From Saprospiraceae bacterium (GTDB lineage: Bacteria > Bacteroidota > Bacteroidia > Chitinophagales > Saprospiraceae), in the NCBI GenBank assembly GCA_031424115.1, contig JANPGW010000172.1, positions 2,561 to 66,560 of the forward strand: a DNA stretch of 64,000 nt, in the 5' to 3' direction. Positions 9,913-18,527 of the stretch are shown here, in pieces. A model generated the notes under the pieces. That model had not been told where the DNA came from and did no database searches. It saw only the letters and a program-made list of their open reading frames with translations. A program made the position numbers and the translations under genes. Each line of letters starts with the position of its first letter. The stretch's first letter is position 1.

Positions 9913-11088
9913 TTATTTAAACATATCTTTCAATCTGTCAAACAGTCCCTTATCCTCTTTGTCCGGATTAGGCTGGAAATTAGGCATTGAGCGAAGGCGT
10001 TCCAACAAAACCCGTTCATCTTCATTGACCTTCTTAGGCGTCCAAATATTGACATGTACCAATTGATCGCCTTTTCCATAACTTTGCACAGAAGGAAGCC
10101 CTTTGCCTTCCAATCTGAATACCTTACCGGCTTGCATGCCTGCCGGAATTTTAATACGCACCCGCCCGTCTAAAGTAGGTACTTCCACACTTGTTCCCAA
10201 TGCAGCATCAGCAAAATTGACGTACAATTCATGGTGCACGTTCATCCCTTCACGCTGAAAATGCTCATGAGGAGCTTCTTCGATACTAATTATTAAATCA
10301 CCGGCACCACCACCTTTCGCACCGGCATTACCTTTGCCACTGAGTTGAAGTTGCATGCCATCGGCAACACCTGCCGGTATTTGCAAATCTATCATTTCCT
10401 CACCAAATAATGTGCCTTCACCCTTACAATTACTACAATTAGCTGTAACGACCCTTCCGTTACCTTTACAAGTTGGACACGCTGAAGTAGTTGCCATCTG
10501 GCCTAAAAAAGTATTGCGCACCTGACGGACATAACCGGAGCCTTTACAGGTATTACAAGTCGTCACTGAATTTGAATCTTTTGCTCCTGAACCATGACAC
10601 ACGTTACAAGAGATTTGCTTCTTCACTTTTATTTTCTTAGTGACGCCCTGCGCAATTTCTTCAAGTGAAAGACGCACTTTGATTCTCAAATTAGAGCCGC
10701 GTTGACCCTGAGGGCGTCTTTGTCCGCCACCGCCACCACTGCCGCCAAAAAAAGATTCGAATGGGCTACCGCCGCCCATCTCGCCAAAAATGTCGCCAAA
10801 AGCACTAAAAATATCTTCGGCACTATTAAAGTGACCGCCGCCACCGCCGTATCCGCTATTGCCGTCCACACCTGCATGACCCAATCTATCGTATCGAGCC
10901 CGCTTATCAGCATCACTCAGCACTTCGTAAGCCTCAGCTGCTTCTTTAAATTTATCTTCTGAAGCTTTATCTCCGGGGTTGCGATCCGGGTGATATTGCA
11001 TAGCAAGTTTGCGATATGATTGTTTTATCGTATCGCCGTCAGCATTTTTTGCAACGCCAAGCACTTCGTAATAGTCTCTTTTAGCCAT
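9913..11088 (-). CDS. dnaJ: Chaperone DnaJ
   Basis: J domain with HPD, a G/F-rich linker and four CxxCxGxG zinc-finger repeats. I prefer the start at MAKRDYYEVLGV (11088); the track ORF extends to 11115. Confidence 0.95.
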   Translation of the reverse strand: MAKRDYYEVLGVAKNADGDTIKQSYRKLAMQYHPDRNPGDKASEDKFKEAAEAYEVLSDADKRARYDRLGHAGVDGNSGYGGGGGHFNSAEDIFSAFGDIFGEMGGGSPFESFFGGSGGGGGQRRPQGQRGSNLRIKVRLSLEEIAQGVTKKIKVKKQISCNVCHGSGAKDSNSVTTCNTCKGSGYVRQVRNTFLGQMATTSACPTCKGNGRVVTANCSNCKGEGTLFGEEMIDLQIPAGVADGMQLQLSGKGNAGAKGGGAGDLIISIEEAPHEHFQREGMNVHHELYVNFADAALGTSVEVPTLDGRVRIKIPAGMQAGKVFRLEGKGLPSVQSYGKGDQLVHVNIWTPKKVNEDERVLLERLRSMPNFQPNPDKEDKGLFDRLKDMFK

Positions 11089-11146
11089 ATTTATATACAT
11101 TATGGGTTTTGACATCAGCTACAAACCGACATAAAACGCCTCTTAC

Positions 11147-11707
11147 TTACTTACCAACAACAACTTTTGCAAAACGAATAATTTTATCACTGAGTAAATA
11201 TCCTTTTTCTAAAGTATCTACAACTTTTCCTACCAGTTCATCACCAGCCGGCACTTCGGTAATAGCTTCGTGCTGGTCAGGGTCAAAATCAGAACCCGGC
11301 GGCGTTTCCATCTCTTTCAAGCCTTTGCTTTTGAGTGTAGAAATAAGTTTTAACCACACTAAATTGACCCCCTCAGTAAATTGCTCATTTTTTGACGCCC
11401 TGTCAAAATCGTCTAAAACGGGTAAAAGTGCTGTCAAAGTGTCACGCGAAGCCAGCGCAATCACTTCTGCTTTTTCCTTCATCGTCCGCTTTCTGAAATT
11501 ATCAAACTCAGCTTGTTGATAAAGCATTTTATTTTTCAAGTCGCTAACTTGCTCTTGCAAAGCCAACATTTCCTTTTTAAAATCCTCGGTAACAGCAGCT
11601 TCAGCGTTATTTCCGGTTGCCTCGATTGTCTCGTCTTGCATCAAATCTTCGTTTTGAAATGCATCTTTATTTTCCATACGCTTGTTTTTAAACCATTTTT
11701 TAAACAT
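11147..11707 (-). CDS. grpE: Nucleotide exchange factor GrpE
   Basis: 186 aa GrpE-like sequence directly upstream of dnaJ. Confidence 0.9.
   Translation of the reverse strand: MFKKWFKNKRMENKDAFQNEDLMQDETIEATGNNAEAAVTEDFKKEMLALQEQVSDLKNKMLYQQAEFDNFRKRTMKEKAEVIALASRDTLTALLPVLDDFDRASKNEQFTEGVNLVWLKLISTLKSKGLKEMETPPGSDFDPDQHEAITEVPAGDELVGKVVDTLEKGYLLSDKIIRFAKVVVGK
11369..11378 (-). repeat. 10-nt core TACTGAGGGG (preceded by T)
   Basis: Inside grpE. The sense frame reads T-E-G. Confidence 0.9.
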
Positions 11708-11766
11708 AAATCATTTGTTTAACTCAAAATGTCTGCCATAGGCATAAAAATGACAAATTGGCAGTT

Positions 11767-12399
11767 TTAGCCGTGTTTCAAAAAAGCTACTTTGAGTCCT
11801 AATAATATGAGAATACCGCCCGTTATTTTATTTTGCCAAAAACTGAAAGCAGGATATTGCTTTAAAAAATTACCTGCTTTGCCAAAAGCCCACGCTACGC
11901 CGAAATTGACTATTGTCCCTGAAATATTGAACCATAAACCCAAAAGTAAAATCTGCAAACCGATTGATTGATTCTGGGTATTGATAAATTGCGGCAAAAA
12001 AGCCAGAAAGAATAAAGCTACTTTGGGGTTCAAGACATTAGTAAAAATGCCTTGTTTCAATATGACGCCATCCGAAACAGGCGCTTTATCAGATGAGATA
12101 TCAAAAGACTGTGTTTTTGATACTATTGCTTTGATACCGATATATATCAAGTAGGCTGCACCCAAATATTTTATGACATCAAAGAGAACCGCTGATTGCG
12201 CAATGATAGCTGAAATACCCAAAACAGCCGCTATAATATGAACCACACAACCCAAAGCAATCCCTAATGCTGCCATCATTCCGGCTCGAATGCCGTGGCT
12301 CGTCGAATGGGTTGCTACAAATATCATATCATTGCCAGGTGTGATATTCAGCATCAAAGAAGCCAAGGCAAACAATAGAAATTGTTGAAAATCCAACAT
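11767..12399 (-). CDS. LysE/RhtB family amino-acid exporter
   Basis: 210 aa multi-pass membrane protein with the N-terminal PGNDM-type motif of the LysE family. Confidence 0.8.
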   Translation of the reverse strand: MLDFQQFLLFALASLMLNITPGNDMIFVATHSTSHGIRAGMMAALGIALGCVVHIIAAVLGISAIIAQSAVLFDVIKYLGAAYLIYIGIKAIVSKTQSFDISSDKAPVSDGVILKQGIFTNVLNPKVALFFLAFLPQFINTQNQSIGLQILLLGLWFNISGTIVNFGVAWAFGKAGNFLKQYPAFSFWQNKITGGILILLGLKVAFLKHG

Positions 12400-12424
12400 A
12401 GCCGAAAGAATTTTAAGAGTTTAT

Positions 12425-12958
12425 TTATTGTAACTTACTTGTCAAAACTTTTTCAATGTCTTTCAAAGATTGGTTGACGCCAATTATCACCCCCTCAGTA
12501 TTCAAAAGAAATTTAGTTGGAATCACTCTAACGCCATATTGTTTGGCAATGGGAGAATCCAGATTCTTAAAATCTGAAATATGGAATCGCCAAGTCATAT
12601 TGTACCGCTGAATCGCTGATAGCCAACGATCTTTGTCGCTTTCGATACCCACGCTAACAATTTCGAAACCTTTGGCGTCTTTGAAGTTCTTGCCATGAAA
12701 TGAATCGTATACATATTTCAAATCCGGCGCTTCCGCAAGGCAAGGTGCGCACCAACTACCCCAAAAATCCAATAATACATATTGTCCTTTCAGGTCTGAT
12801 AATTTCATAGCTGAACCATCGGGCATCATACCTGTAAAATCGGGCGCATCGGCTCCGTTGATATACTTTGGCTGCTTGTAAAAATATTTGCCTATAAAAT
12901 ATATGACAATCAAGGCTAAGACAATCCAACTCCAATTTTTCCTAATCGTTTCCATCAT
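12425..12958 (-). CDS. TlpA/ResA-like thiol:disulfide oxidoreductase (thioredoxin fold), membrane anchored
   Basis: N-terminal TM helix and a WCAPC active site. Confidence 0.8.
   Translation of the reverse strand: MMETIRKNWSWIVLALIVIYFIGKYFYKQPKYINGADAPDFTGMMPDGSAMKLSDLKGQYVLLDFWGSWCAPCLAEAPDLKYVYDSFHGKNFKDAKGFEIVSVGIESDKDRWLSAIQRYNMTWRFHISDFKNLDSPIAKQYGVRVIPTKFLLNTEGVIIGVNQSLKDIEKVLTSKLQ
12491..12501 (-). repeat. ATACTGAGGGG exact copy
   Basis: Inside the TlpA-like gene. The sense frame reads N-T-E-G. Confidence 0.95.
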
Positions 12959-12996
12959 ATTCAGAATTGAGTATCTATTTTTTTCAAATAAGTCTG

Positions 12997-13004
12997 CAAA
13001 GTTA
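12997..13004 (-). promoter_or_regulatory. Candidate Bacteroidota -7 box (TAnnTTTG)
   Basis: The minus strand reads TAACTTTG, 38 nt upstream of the TlpA-like start codon. Confidence 0.35.
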
Positions 13005-13214
13005 TAAATCTATTTTGATAAATAGCGTCAAACCTGCCCCGCGTCAGTATGATAAAGCCTTTTTTTTAAAAAGAGAGCCTATTACATCTCCGCAATAGAC
13101 TCTCAATAATATTATTTATATACAAAATTGATTCAAGTGTTGAAAGAGAGGACATAATCGAAAATTTGCCCGAGCACCTGTTTAAAAACAACTTCAATCT
13201 GGTGAAAAGAGATT

Positions 13215-13580
13215 TTAATCCACTACTTCCCCTTCAATAATCAATTTTTCCGGTTTGCGCTGTTCTTTTATCCAAACGGTTAACTTTTTATAAAATGCAC
13301 CGCTTTTCGCAGCATCATACGTCACCGTTATTTTACCAGTTTTAGAAGGCTCTACGGGGTCTTGCTCCCAGTCAGAAGCCGTACAGCCACATTCAGCTCG
13401 CACATTTTCAATAACAAGGGGCTCGTTTGTTGCATTTTTAAATTCAAAAACGTGTTTGACAGGCTGTTTTTTGAAAATTTCACCAAAATCATGGGTAGTA
13501 GGCGTTATCCATACTAATTTTGAATCATTAGCAACTAAAGCCTGAAACAAGGAAAAAATAATAGCCAGTATCATATTCAA
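13215..13580 (-). CDS. DUF1573 domain protein, secreted
   Basis: Signal peptide and the HDFG...CGCT pattern typical of DUF1573. Confidence 0.7.
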   Translation of the reverse strand: MNMILAIIFSLFQALVANDSKLVWITPTTHDFGEIFKKQPVKHVFEFKNATNEPLVIENVRAECGCTASDWEQDPVEPSKTGKITVTYDAAKSGAFYKKLTVWIKEQRKPEKLIIEGEVVD

Positions 13581-13635
13581 GATAGAATTGTTATTAATTA
13601 CTCAAATTAAAACGCACGATGCCTGAAAAAGATTA

Positions 13636-13643
13636 TATTTTTG
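13636..13643 (+). promoter_or_regulatory. Candidate -7 box (TAnnTTTG)
   Basis: TATTTTTG lies 50 nt upstream of the ybaB start codon. Confidence 0.35.
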
Positions 13644-13693
13644 CAATGTAAACGATATTAATCTTTTCTTAAAAATTTTAAAAAACAGCTACT

Positions 13694-13999
13694 ATGTTTG
13701 GAAATTTATTGGGCGATTTTGAAAAAAAACAAAAAGAAGTCATGGATAAGGCGGCTGAAATCGTCGTATCTTCCGAAACTGAAGGTGTCAAAGTGACTGT
13801 TAACGGTAAAAAGGAAGTCGTCAACATCTCCGTTGATGCTTCCCTGATGACCGATAAAGAGCAACTTGAAGATCTTCTTGTGGTTACTATCAATCGAGCA
13901 CTTGATGAAGCAGGCGAGAAAGCCGCTTCTCAAGCAAAGGAATTGATGCAAAGTATGCTCCCTCCGGGATTAGGCGACCTTTTTAAAGGGGTGATGTAA
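13694..13999 (+). CDS. ybaB: YbaB/EbfC family nucleoid-associated protein
   Basis: 101 aa with a family-typical sequence (GKKEVVNISVD..., INRALDEA). Confidence 0.8.
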   Translation: MFGNLLGDFEKKQKEVMDKAAEIVVSSETEGVKVTVNGKKEVVNISVDASLMTDKEQLEDLLVVTINRALDEAGEKAASQAKELMQSMLPPGLGDLFKGVM

Positions 14000-14144
14000 A
14001 ACTTTAATTTTTTAGTGCTGAAAATATTTTATTTTCTCTCAACGTTTAGAAAGTATGATTTAAAAAAACTTTTTTATACTGAGGGTGGTAAAATATAGGC
14101 TACATTTTTGCCTATCAAAAAAGAACCGATAATTTTTTATATAC

Positions 14145-15380
14145 ATGAAATTTCTGAACATAATTGTTTGCCTAATCATTACTTGCACACTTTCTGCACA
14201 AAAAGTAAATATTAATGACGGTTTAGTAGCACATTTCCCATTTGATAGTTACCCCATTGTGGATAAAAGCGGGAATGGCAACAAAGCTATTTTAGGCGGT
14301 GATACGACATTGAGCTGTGGTGTTGAAAGTAATGCCCTCCGATTTGACGGCATTTCCACCGAAATTATTTTTATTGGACCCGCTATTTTTGATAATTTCA
14401 AAACTGCGGATTTTAGTGTGAGTTTTTATATAAAGCCCTCTTCTCAAAGTGGGTCAATAGCGACATTTGATATTTTGGCTAAGCGGAAAAAATGTACAAC
14501 TGATAGTTCTTTTGCCATTCGTTACACACCGGCAGCCAATCAATTGAGTATCGAACTGAGTGAAAATGTCAGGACTCGCCATGTCATGGTTCAAAAACTT
14601 GATTTTGCGCGTTGTTGGCAACACATTGTGATAACAAGAGCCTTCAATAAACTATCGCTTTACGTAAATGGCAGATTGGTTCAAGTCAACTACTCCACTA
14701 AACGGGTTGCTATTAACAATGACGCTCCTTTGACTATGTCAAAAAGTCCTTGCTTAGGCAGTACTGACCGTAAGTTTTTGGGAAATATTGATGAATTGCG
14801 CATTTATGAACGCGCTATTAATGAAGGGGAAGTTGCTGCGCTATACTCATCGCCTGATCGTATTGCCAACCGAGATACGATTATCTTTTTAGGTGGCAAT
14901 GTCAAGATAAATATAACCAATACCTGTTCTTCTGACTTTACATGGTCACCAAAGGAAGATATTTCAGACCCTAAAAGCGCGAATGCGACGATAACACCTT
15001 CCAAAGGTGGCGAATTCAGCTATATTTTAGCCATGAAAGAAGCCCAATGTACATCGTTAGATACGATAAAAGTGAAAGTCGTTGACCCAAAAGACCTGGA
15101 ATGTAAAAATGTATTTCTACCAAAAGCCTTCACGCCCAATGCCGATGGACTGAACGACCAATTTTTTATCTCTAATCCTTATGCTATTGACCAAGTGATT
15201 TCTTTTGAAGTTTTGGATGGCTGGGGTGGTCGCGTTTTTTACACAACGGATAAATTTGAACGGTGGGACGGTACTTTTAGTGGGCAAAAAGTTAATCCGG
15301 GGGTGTATCTCTGGAAAGCTAAATATACTTGTAAAGGTACTGAAATGTCCGATTTTGGGAGTGTGACAGTGTTGAAGTAG
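14145..15380 (+). CDS. LamG-like jelly-roll protein with T9SS type-B (gliding-motility-associated) C-terminal sorting domain
   Basis: Signal peptide. LamG-type region (LGNIDELRIYERAL-like) and C-terminal FTPNADGLNDQFFI...WDG...GVYLW sorting-domain signature. Confidence 0.75.
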   Translation: MKFLNIIVCLIITCTLSAQKVNINDGLVAHFPFDSYPIVDKSGNGNKAILGGDTTLSCGVESNALRFDGISTEIIFIGPAIFDNFKTADFSVSFYIKPSSQSGSIATFDILAKRKKCTTDSSFAIRYTPAANQLSIELSENVRTRHVMVQKLDFARCWQHIVITRAFNKLSLYVNGRLVQVNYSTKRVAINNDAPLTMSKSPCLGSTDRKFLGNIDELRIYERAINEGEVAALYSSPDRIANRDTIIFLGGNVKINITNTCSSDFTWSPKEDISDPKSANATITPSKGGEFSYILAMKEAQCTSLDTIKVKVVDPKDLECKNVFLPKAFTPNADGLNDQFFISNPYAIDQVISFEVLDGWGGRVFYTTDKFERWDGTFSGQKVNPGVYLWKAKYTCKGTEMSDFGSVTVLK

Positions 15381-15450
15381 GTTCAAAGTAGTCAGTTGGT
15401 TAGTAGTCAGACGTTAGCTCTCTGACTACTGACCAACTGACTACTGAACC
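15380..15450. repeat. Long imperfect inverted repeat built from TAGTCAG-type heptamers; probable bidirectional terminator
   Basis: The left arm GGTTCAaaGTAGTCAGTTGGTTAGTAGTCAGA pairs with the right arm TCTGACTACTGACCAACTGACTACTGAACC. That gives about 30 bp with one wobble and a 2-nt bulge, around the 9-nt loop cgttagctc. It lies between convergent genes. Confidence 0.8.
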
Positions 15451-15464
15451 TACTAACTACTCCC

Positions 15465-16181
15465 TTATTCATTCAAAAAAACCACTTTGCCCGTCTCGAT
15501 ATTATAAATACCGGTCACTAAATTCATTTCACCTCTTTCAAACTTACCCCTCAGTATAGCACTCGATGTTCTAATTTTTTCGGTCATCAGTTGCAGATAT
15601 TCCCTCGTTACGAGGGAAATCAAATCATCTTTTTTCCATTTTTTCCAATTAGGGTCACGTTTGATGTTTTGTATCGTCGGGCGAATGTGATAATTGATAG
15701 CGGCAAAGTTACCCGCATTATTGTCATCAATGGCCGCTTCGATGTATGGGTCTTTGGTTTGAAGCAATAGGACAATGACTTTGCTCCCAATTTCTCTGGC
15801 AGCATGCTCCATGGCTCCCAGGTTTTCAGGCGTCACGATACTCGCCGGAGAGCGCAGGCAAAATATATCCCCCAAACCTTGATTAAAAATCAACTCCGGC
15901 GATACCCGTGAGTCCGTTCCGCACAACACAACAGCTGGTGGATAAGCTCCTTTTTTGCCCAATTGAAAACGCTGGTCGTCAAGACGGTATGATTTTAACC
16001 GATTATTGCTGAACCGATTATTGCCATCAATCAACCGTTGTAAGGCTTGGCTGGGTGTCATTTTAAGAAGGGTTTCTTTAGTAACCACATCAGCAGCAAA
16101 ACCACAGGATTCTAAAAAGAGGATGCTCAATAAGCCAATAAGATACAATATTTTTTGACGACTAAGAGGTAGGTATTTCAT
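15465..16181 (-). CDS. Beta-carbonic-anhydrase-like lipoprotein (divergent metal site)
   Basis: Lipobox LESCG and a CGTDSRVSPE motif (CxDxR). The expected GHxxCG zinc-ligand segment reads LQTKDP by eye alignment. Confidence 0.65.
   Translation of the reverse strand: MKYLPLSRQKILYLIGLLSILFLESCGFAADVVTKETLLKMTPSQALQRLIDGNNRFSNNRLKSYRLDDQRFQLGKKGAYPPAVVLCGTDSRVSPELIFNQGLGDIFCLRSPASIVTPENLGAMEHAAREIGSKVIVLLLQTKDPYIEAAIDDNNAGNFAAINYHIRPTIQNIKRDPNWKKWKKDDLISLVTREYLQLMTEKIRTSSAILRGKFERGEMNLVTGIYNIETGKVVFLNE
15547..15557 (-). repeat. ATACTGAGGGG exact copy
   Basis: Inside the carbonic-anhydrase-like gene. The sense frame reads I-L-R-G. Confidence 0.95.
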
Positions 16182-16313
16182 AATTTATGTGTGTAGTTGG
16201 TGAATAAAATTTTCAATGATTTTGTAAAAATATTACATTTCTGGATTGATTTCTTTTATTTTTTACACCTGTGGATATTTTTTTTAGCGACGAATTATTA
16301 GGTGAGCTTCAAC

Positions 16314-16343
16314 AAAAAAAGCAACCACTGACGAGGTGATTGC
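16314..16343 (-). terminator. Rho-independent terminator after the blaI-blaR1-like operon
   Basis: On the minus strand, the GCAATCAC-ctcgtca-GTGGTTGC stem (one G-U pair) is followed by TTTTTTT. Confidence 0.6.
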
Positions 16344-16379
16344 TTCTTAATAGTTGTTTTGAAGATTTTCAAATACTGC

Positions 16380-17945
16380 TTATGATAATTTAAACTTGAT
16401 AGGCAATGTGTATGCGACACGGACTGCTTTACCTTTGTGCTTGCCCGGCTTCCATTTTGGCATTATGGCAATAACACGGATAGCTTCATCATCTAAATCT
16501 TCTCCTCTGATATTTTGAACAATTTTTGTTCTACTAACATATGTAACCGGGTCAATTTGTTGAATAGTATCAATAGATGTTTGTTTGGCACTTCTTTTAA
16601 CTGAAATATTTGAAATACTGCCATCTTTTTCAATCACGAAGCCAATATACGCTGTACCTTCATCGCCATTCTCTTTTGCATTTTTAGGGTATTTTATATT
16701 TTCGCCCAACCATTTAAAAAGTTCTTGCATACCTCCTTTGAATTCTGGCACCTCATCAACCACTGTCATCACATCATCTTTAATGGTATCGGTTGCGATA
16801 TCTAAATTTAACCTTTGACGCTCTTGAGGCATAGTAGAACGAATTGGTTCGTTGGGTTGAATGGTGGGCGGCACGTCGTATAAATTATGTGATTGTTTAA
16901 GCTCCTGAGCGATATACTCTTGATTCAAAAGCGGTTTAGCTGAATCAGAAATTAATTTAAAGGGCTTTGGAGCATCAGATTGGGGATTCGGTGCTTCATC
17001 AATTGTATTTACCTTTCTGACTACCTTTTCACCTAAATCCATCGTTTTTGCCATAATTTCATTGTTAGGAATAGCAAAAAGGGTGAGTAAAACCGTAAAA
17101 AGGGGAAAAGCAATTACATATTTGAGCAGCGAAGCCCGTTGCGAACGATTACGAGTCATCATTATAATTCGTTTTTTAAGTTGTGAAAAAATAAAGTGAT
17201 TTGCTAAAGCCAACGCAGGTCCGGACTGTGCTTGCTTAATGAGTAGCCGTCCGTAAACGGGTCTTTCAACCCATTCCAAAACCGCCGCATCCGCCAAATA
17301 TTCGTGGATATTTCTTAAAGAATGTCTATAAAAATAAATGATGGGATTCCACCAAAAAATGATTTTGAGCACTTCTAAAAGCATGACATCGTAAGAGTGC
17401 CCTTGCTGAACGTGTGTGCGTTCATGCTCCATAATTTGCGGAATATCCTGTTTATCCAGTACATTTTCATTGATAAAAATGCCATTAAAAAACGAAAAAG
17501 GTAAATGCCCTTTTGCTGAAAAATCAGGATCTAAGCCATCCGTATAAACCAATGTAAAACTGTCTTGAAAAACTTTTTTACCTTTTCTATAAATTGTCAA
17601 TATTCTAAAAAGTCCGATAAAAAACCTCAATGACATGACCCCAACTCCCAACCAATAAATCAGTTGAATAAAAAACTGAAGCGATAATACCCCCTCAGTA
17701 TCAGCGTTCAAATTTTTCTGAAAAGCATTTGCTGTTACCACAAATGTCTCCAACATTATCACCGTAGAACTGGATGTTTCTACCTCGATAAAAAACTGAC
17801 CAAAAGGCGCAAACAAACCACACAATAGACTGATTATCAAATAGATACGGTTGAGACGGAAGAACGTCTCGCGGCTCAACAGGCTATAATACAAGCCATA
17901 AAATACGAGCCAACAAAGGCTGACTTGGAGGAAGTAAGTGAGCAT
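16380..17945 (-). CDS. BlaR1/MecR1-type M56 peptidase fused to a TonB C-terminal domain
   Basis: Multi-pass N-terminus, HERTH (HExxH) motif and a C-terminal TonB-like domain (PEFKGG...YPKNAKENGDEGTAYIGFVIEKDG). Confidence 0.8.
   Translation of the reverse strand: MLTYFLQVSLCWLVFYGLYYSLLSRETFFRLNRIYLIISLLCGLFAPFGQFFIEVETSSSTVIMLETFVVTANAFQKNLNADTEGVLSLQFFIQLIYWLGVGVMSLRFFIGLFRILTIYRKGKKVFQDSFTLVYTDGLDPDFSAKGHLPFSFFNGIFINENVLDKQDIPQIMEHERTHVQQGHSYDVMLLEVLKIIFWWNPIIYFYRHSLRNIHEYLADAAVLEWVERPVYGRLLIKQAQSGPALALANHFIFSQLKKRIIMMTRNRSQRASLLKYVIAFPLFTVLLTLFAIPNNEIMAKTMDLGEKVVRKVNTIDEAPNPQSDAPKPFKLISDSAKPLLNQEYIAQELKQSHNLYDVPPTIQPNEPIRSTMPQERQRLNLDIATDTIKDDVMTVVDEVPEFKGGMQELFKWLGENIKYPKNAKENGDEGTAYIGFVIEKDGSISNISVKRSAKQTSIDTIQQIDPVTYVSRTKIVQNIRGEDLDDEAIRVIAIMPKWKPGKHKGKAVRVAYTLPIKFKLS
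17691..17701 (-). repeat. ATACTGAGGGG exact copy
   Basis: Inside the BlaR1-TonB gene. The sense frame reads T-E-G. It is followed by GTAT. Confidence 0.95.
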
Positions 17946-17975
17946 GTGTTAATTATTGACAGTTAAAAAATGGTT

Positions 17976-18344
17976 TTATTTATCCAACATATACAAAAGT
18001 TTTTTCAATTCATCGGCATTGAGTTTTTCATCTTTTACTAAAGCTGAAACGAGATTTGAAGCTGAACCTTCAAAATAATCGGTGATGAATTTAGAGAGGG
18101 TTTTTGTACTATAATCGTCCTTCTCAACTATTGGAAAATACTCATACGTTTTACCATACGCCTTATGGTCAAGAAACTTTTTTTCTTCCAAAATACGGAC
18201 GATTGTAGAAATACTGCTGTGAGGCGGTCGCCCACGTTGAGTATCTGTCTTTTCTATCACATCTAAAATATCACTGACGGTGCAACGCCCAAGCTGCCAA
18301 ATGATGTGCATAATTTCTTCTTCTGTCTTCGTTAATCTCTGCAT
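17976..18344 (-). CDS. BlaI/MecI/CopY family transcriptional repressor
   Basis: 122 aa winged-helix protein immediately upstream of the M56 gene on the same strand. Confidence 0.85.
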   Translation of the reverse strand: MQRLTKTEEEIMHIIWQLGRCTVSDILDVIEKTDTQRGRPPHSSISTIVRILEEKKFLDHKAYGKTYEYFPIVEKDDYSTKTLSKFITDYFEGSASNLVSALVKDEKLNADELKKLLYMLDK

Positions 18345-18460
18345 TATTATCGTTCTTTTTTTATCAATTATTTCTATAACGTAAAATTAAGTTGTAATTT
18401 TTATTTATGCAACTTTTTTAATAGTTTTTTAACTAAAAAATACGTTATAATATTTTATCA

Positions 18461-18503
18461 AAAAAAATCGTCGTACAAACATTGAAGCTGTACGACGATT
18501 TTT
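18461..18503 (-). terminator. Rho-independent terminator after hflX
   Basis: Perfect 11-bp stem ATCGTCGTACA / TGTACGACGAT flanked by an A7 run and a T-run, so it could work in either direction. Confidence 0.7.
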
Positions 18504-18527
18504 GAATGCATCATGCGAATAACGAAA

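Noticed and set aside
15598-15622. A perfect short palindrome TCCCTCG-tta-CGAGGGA inside the carbonic-anhydrase-like gene.
   Set aside because: It is a single 7-bp stem inside a CDS with no partner elsewhere in the window. That is compatible with chance, so I assign it no function.
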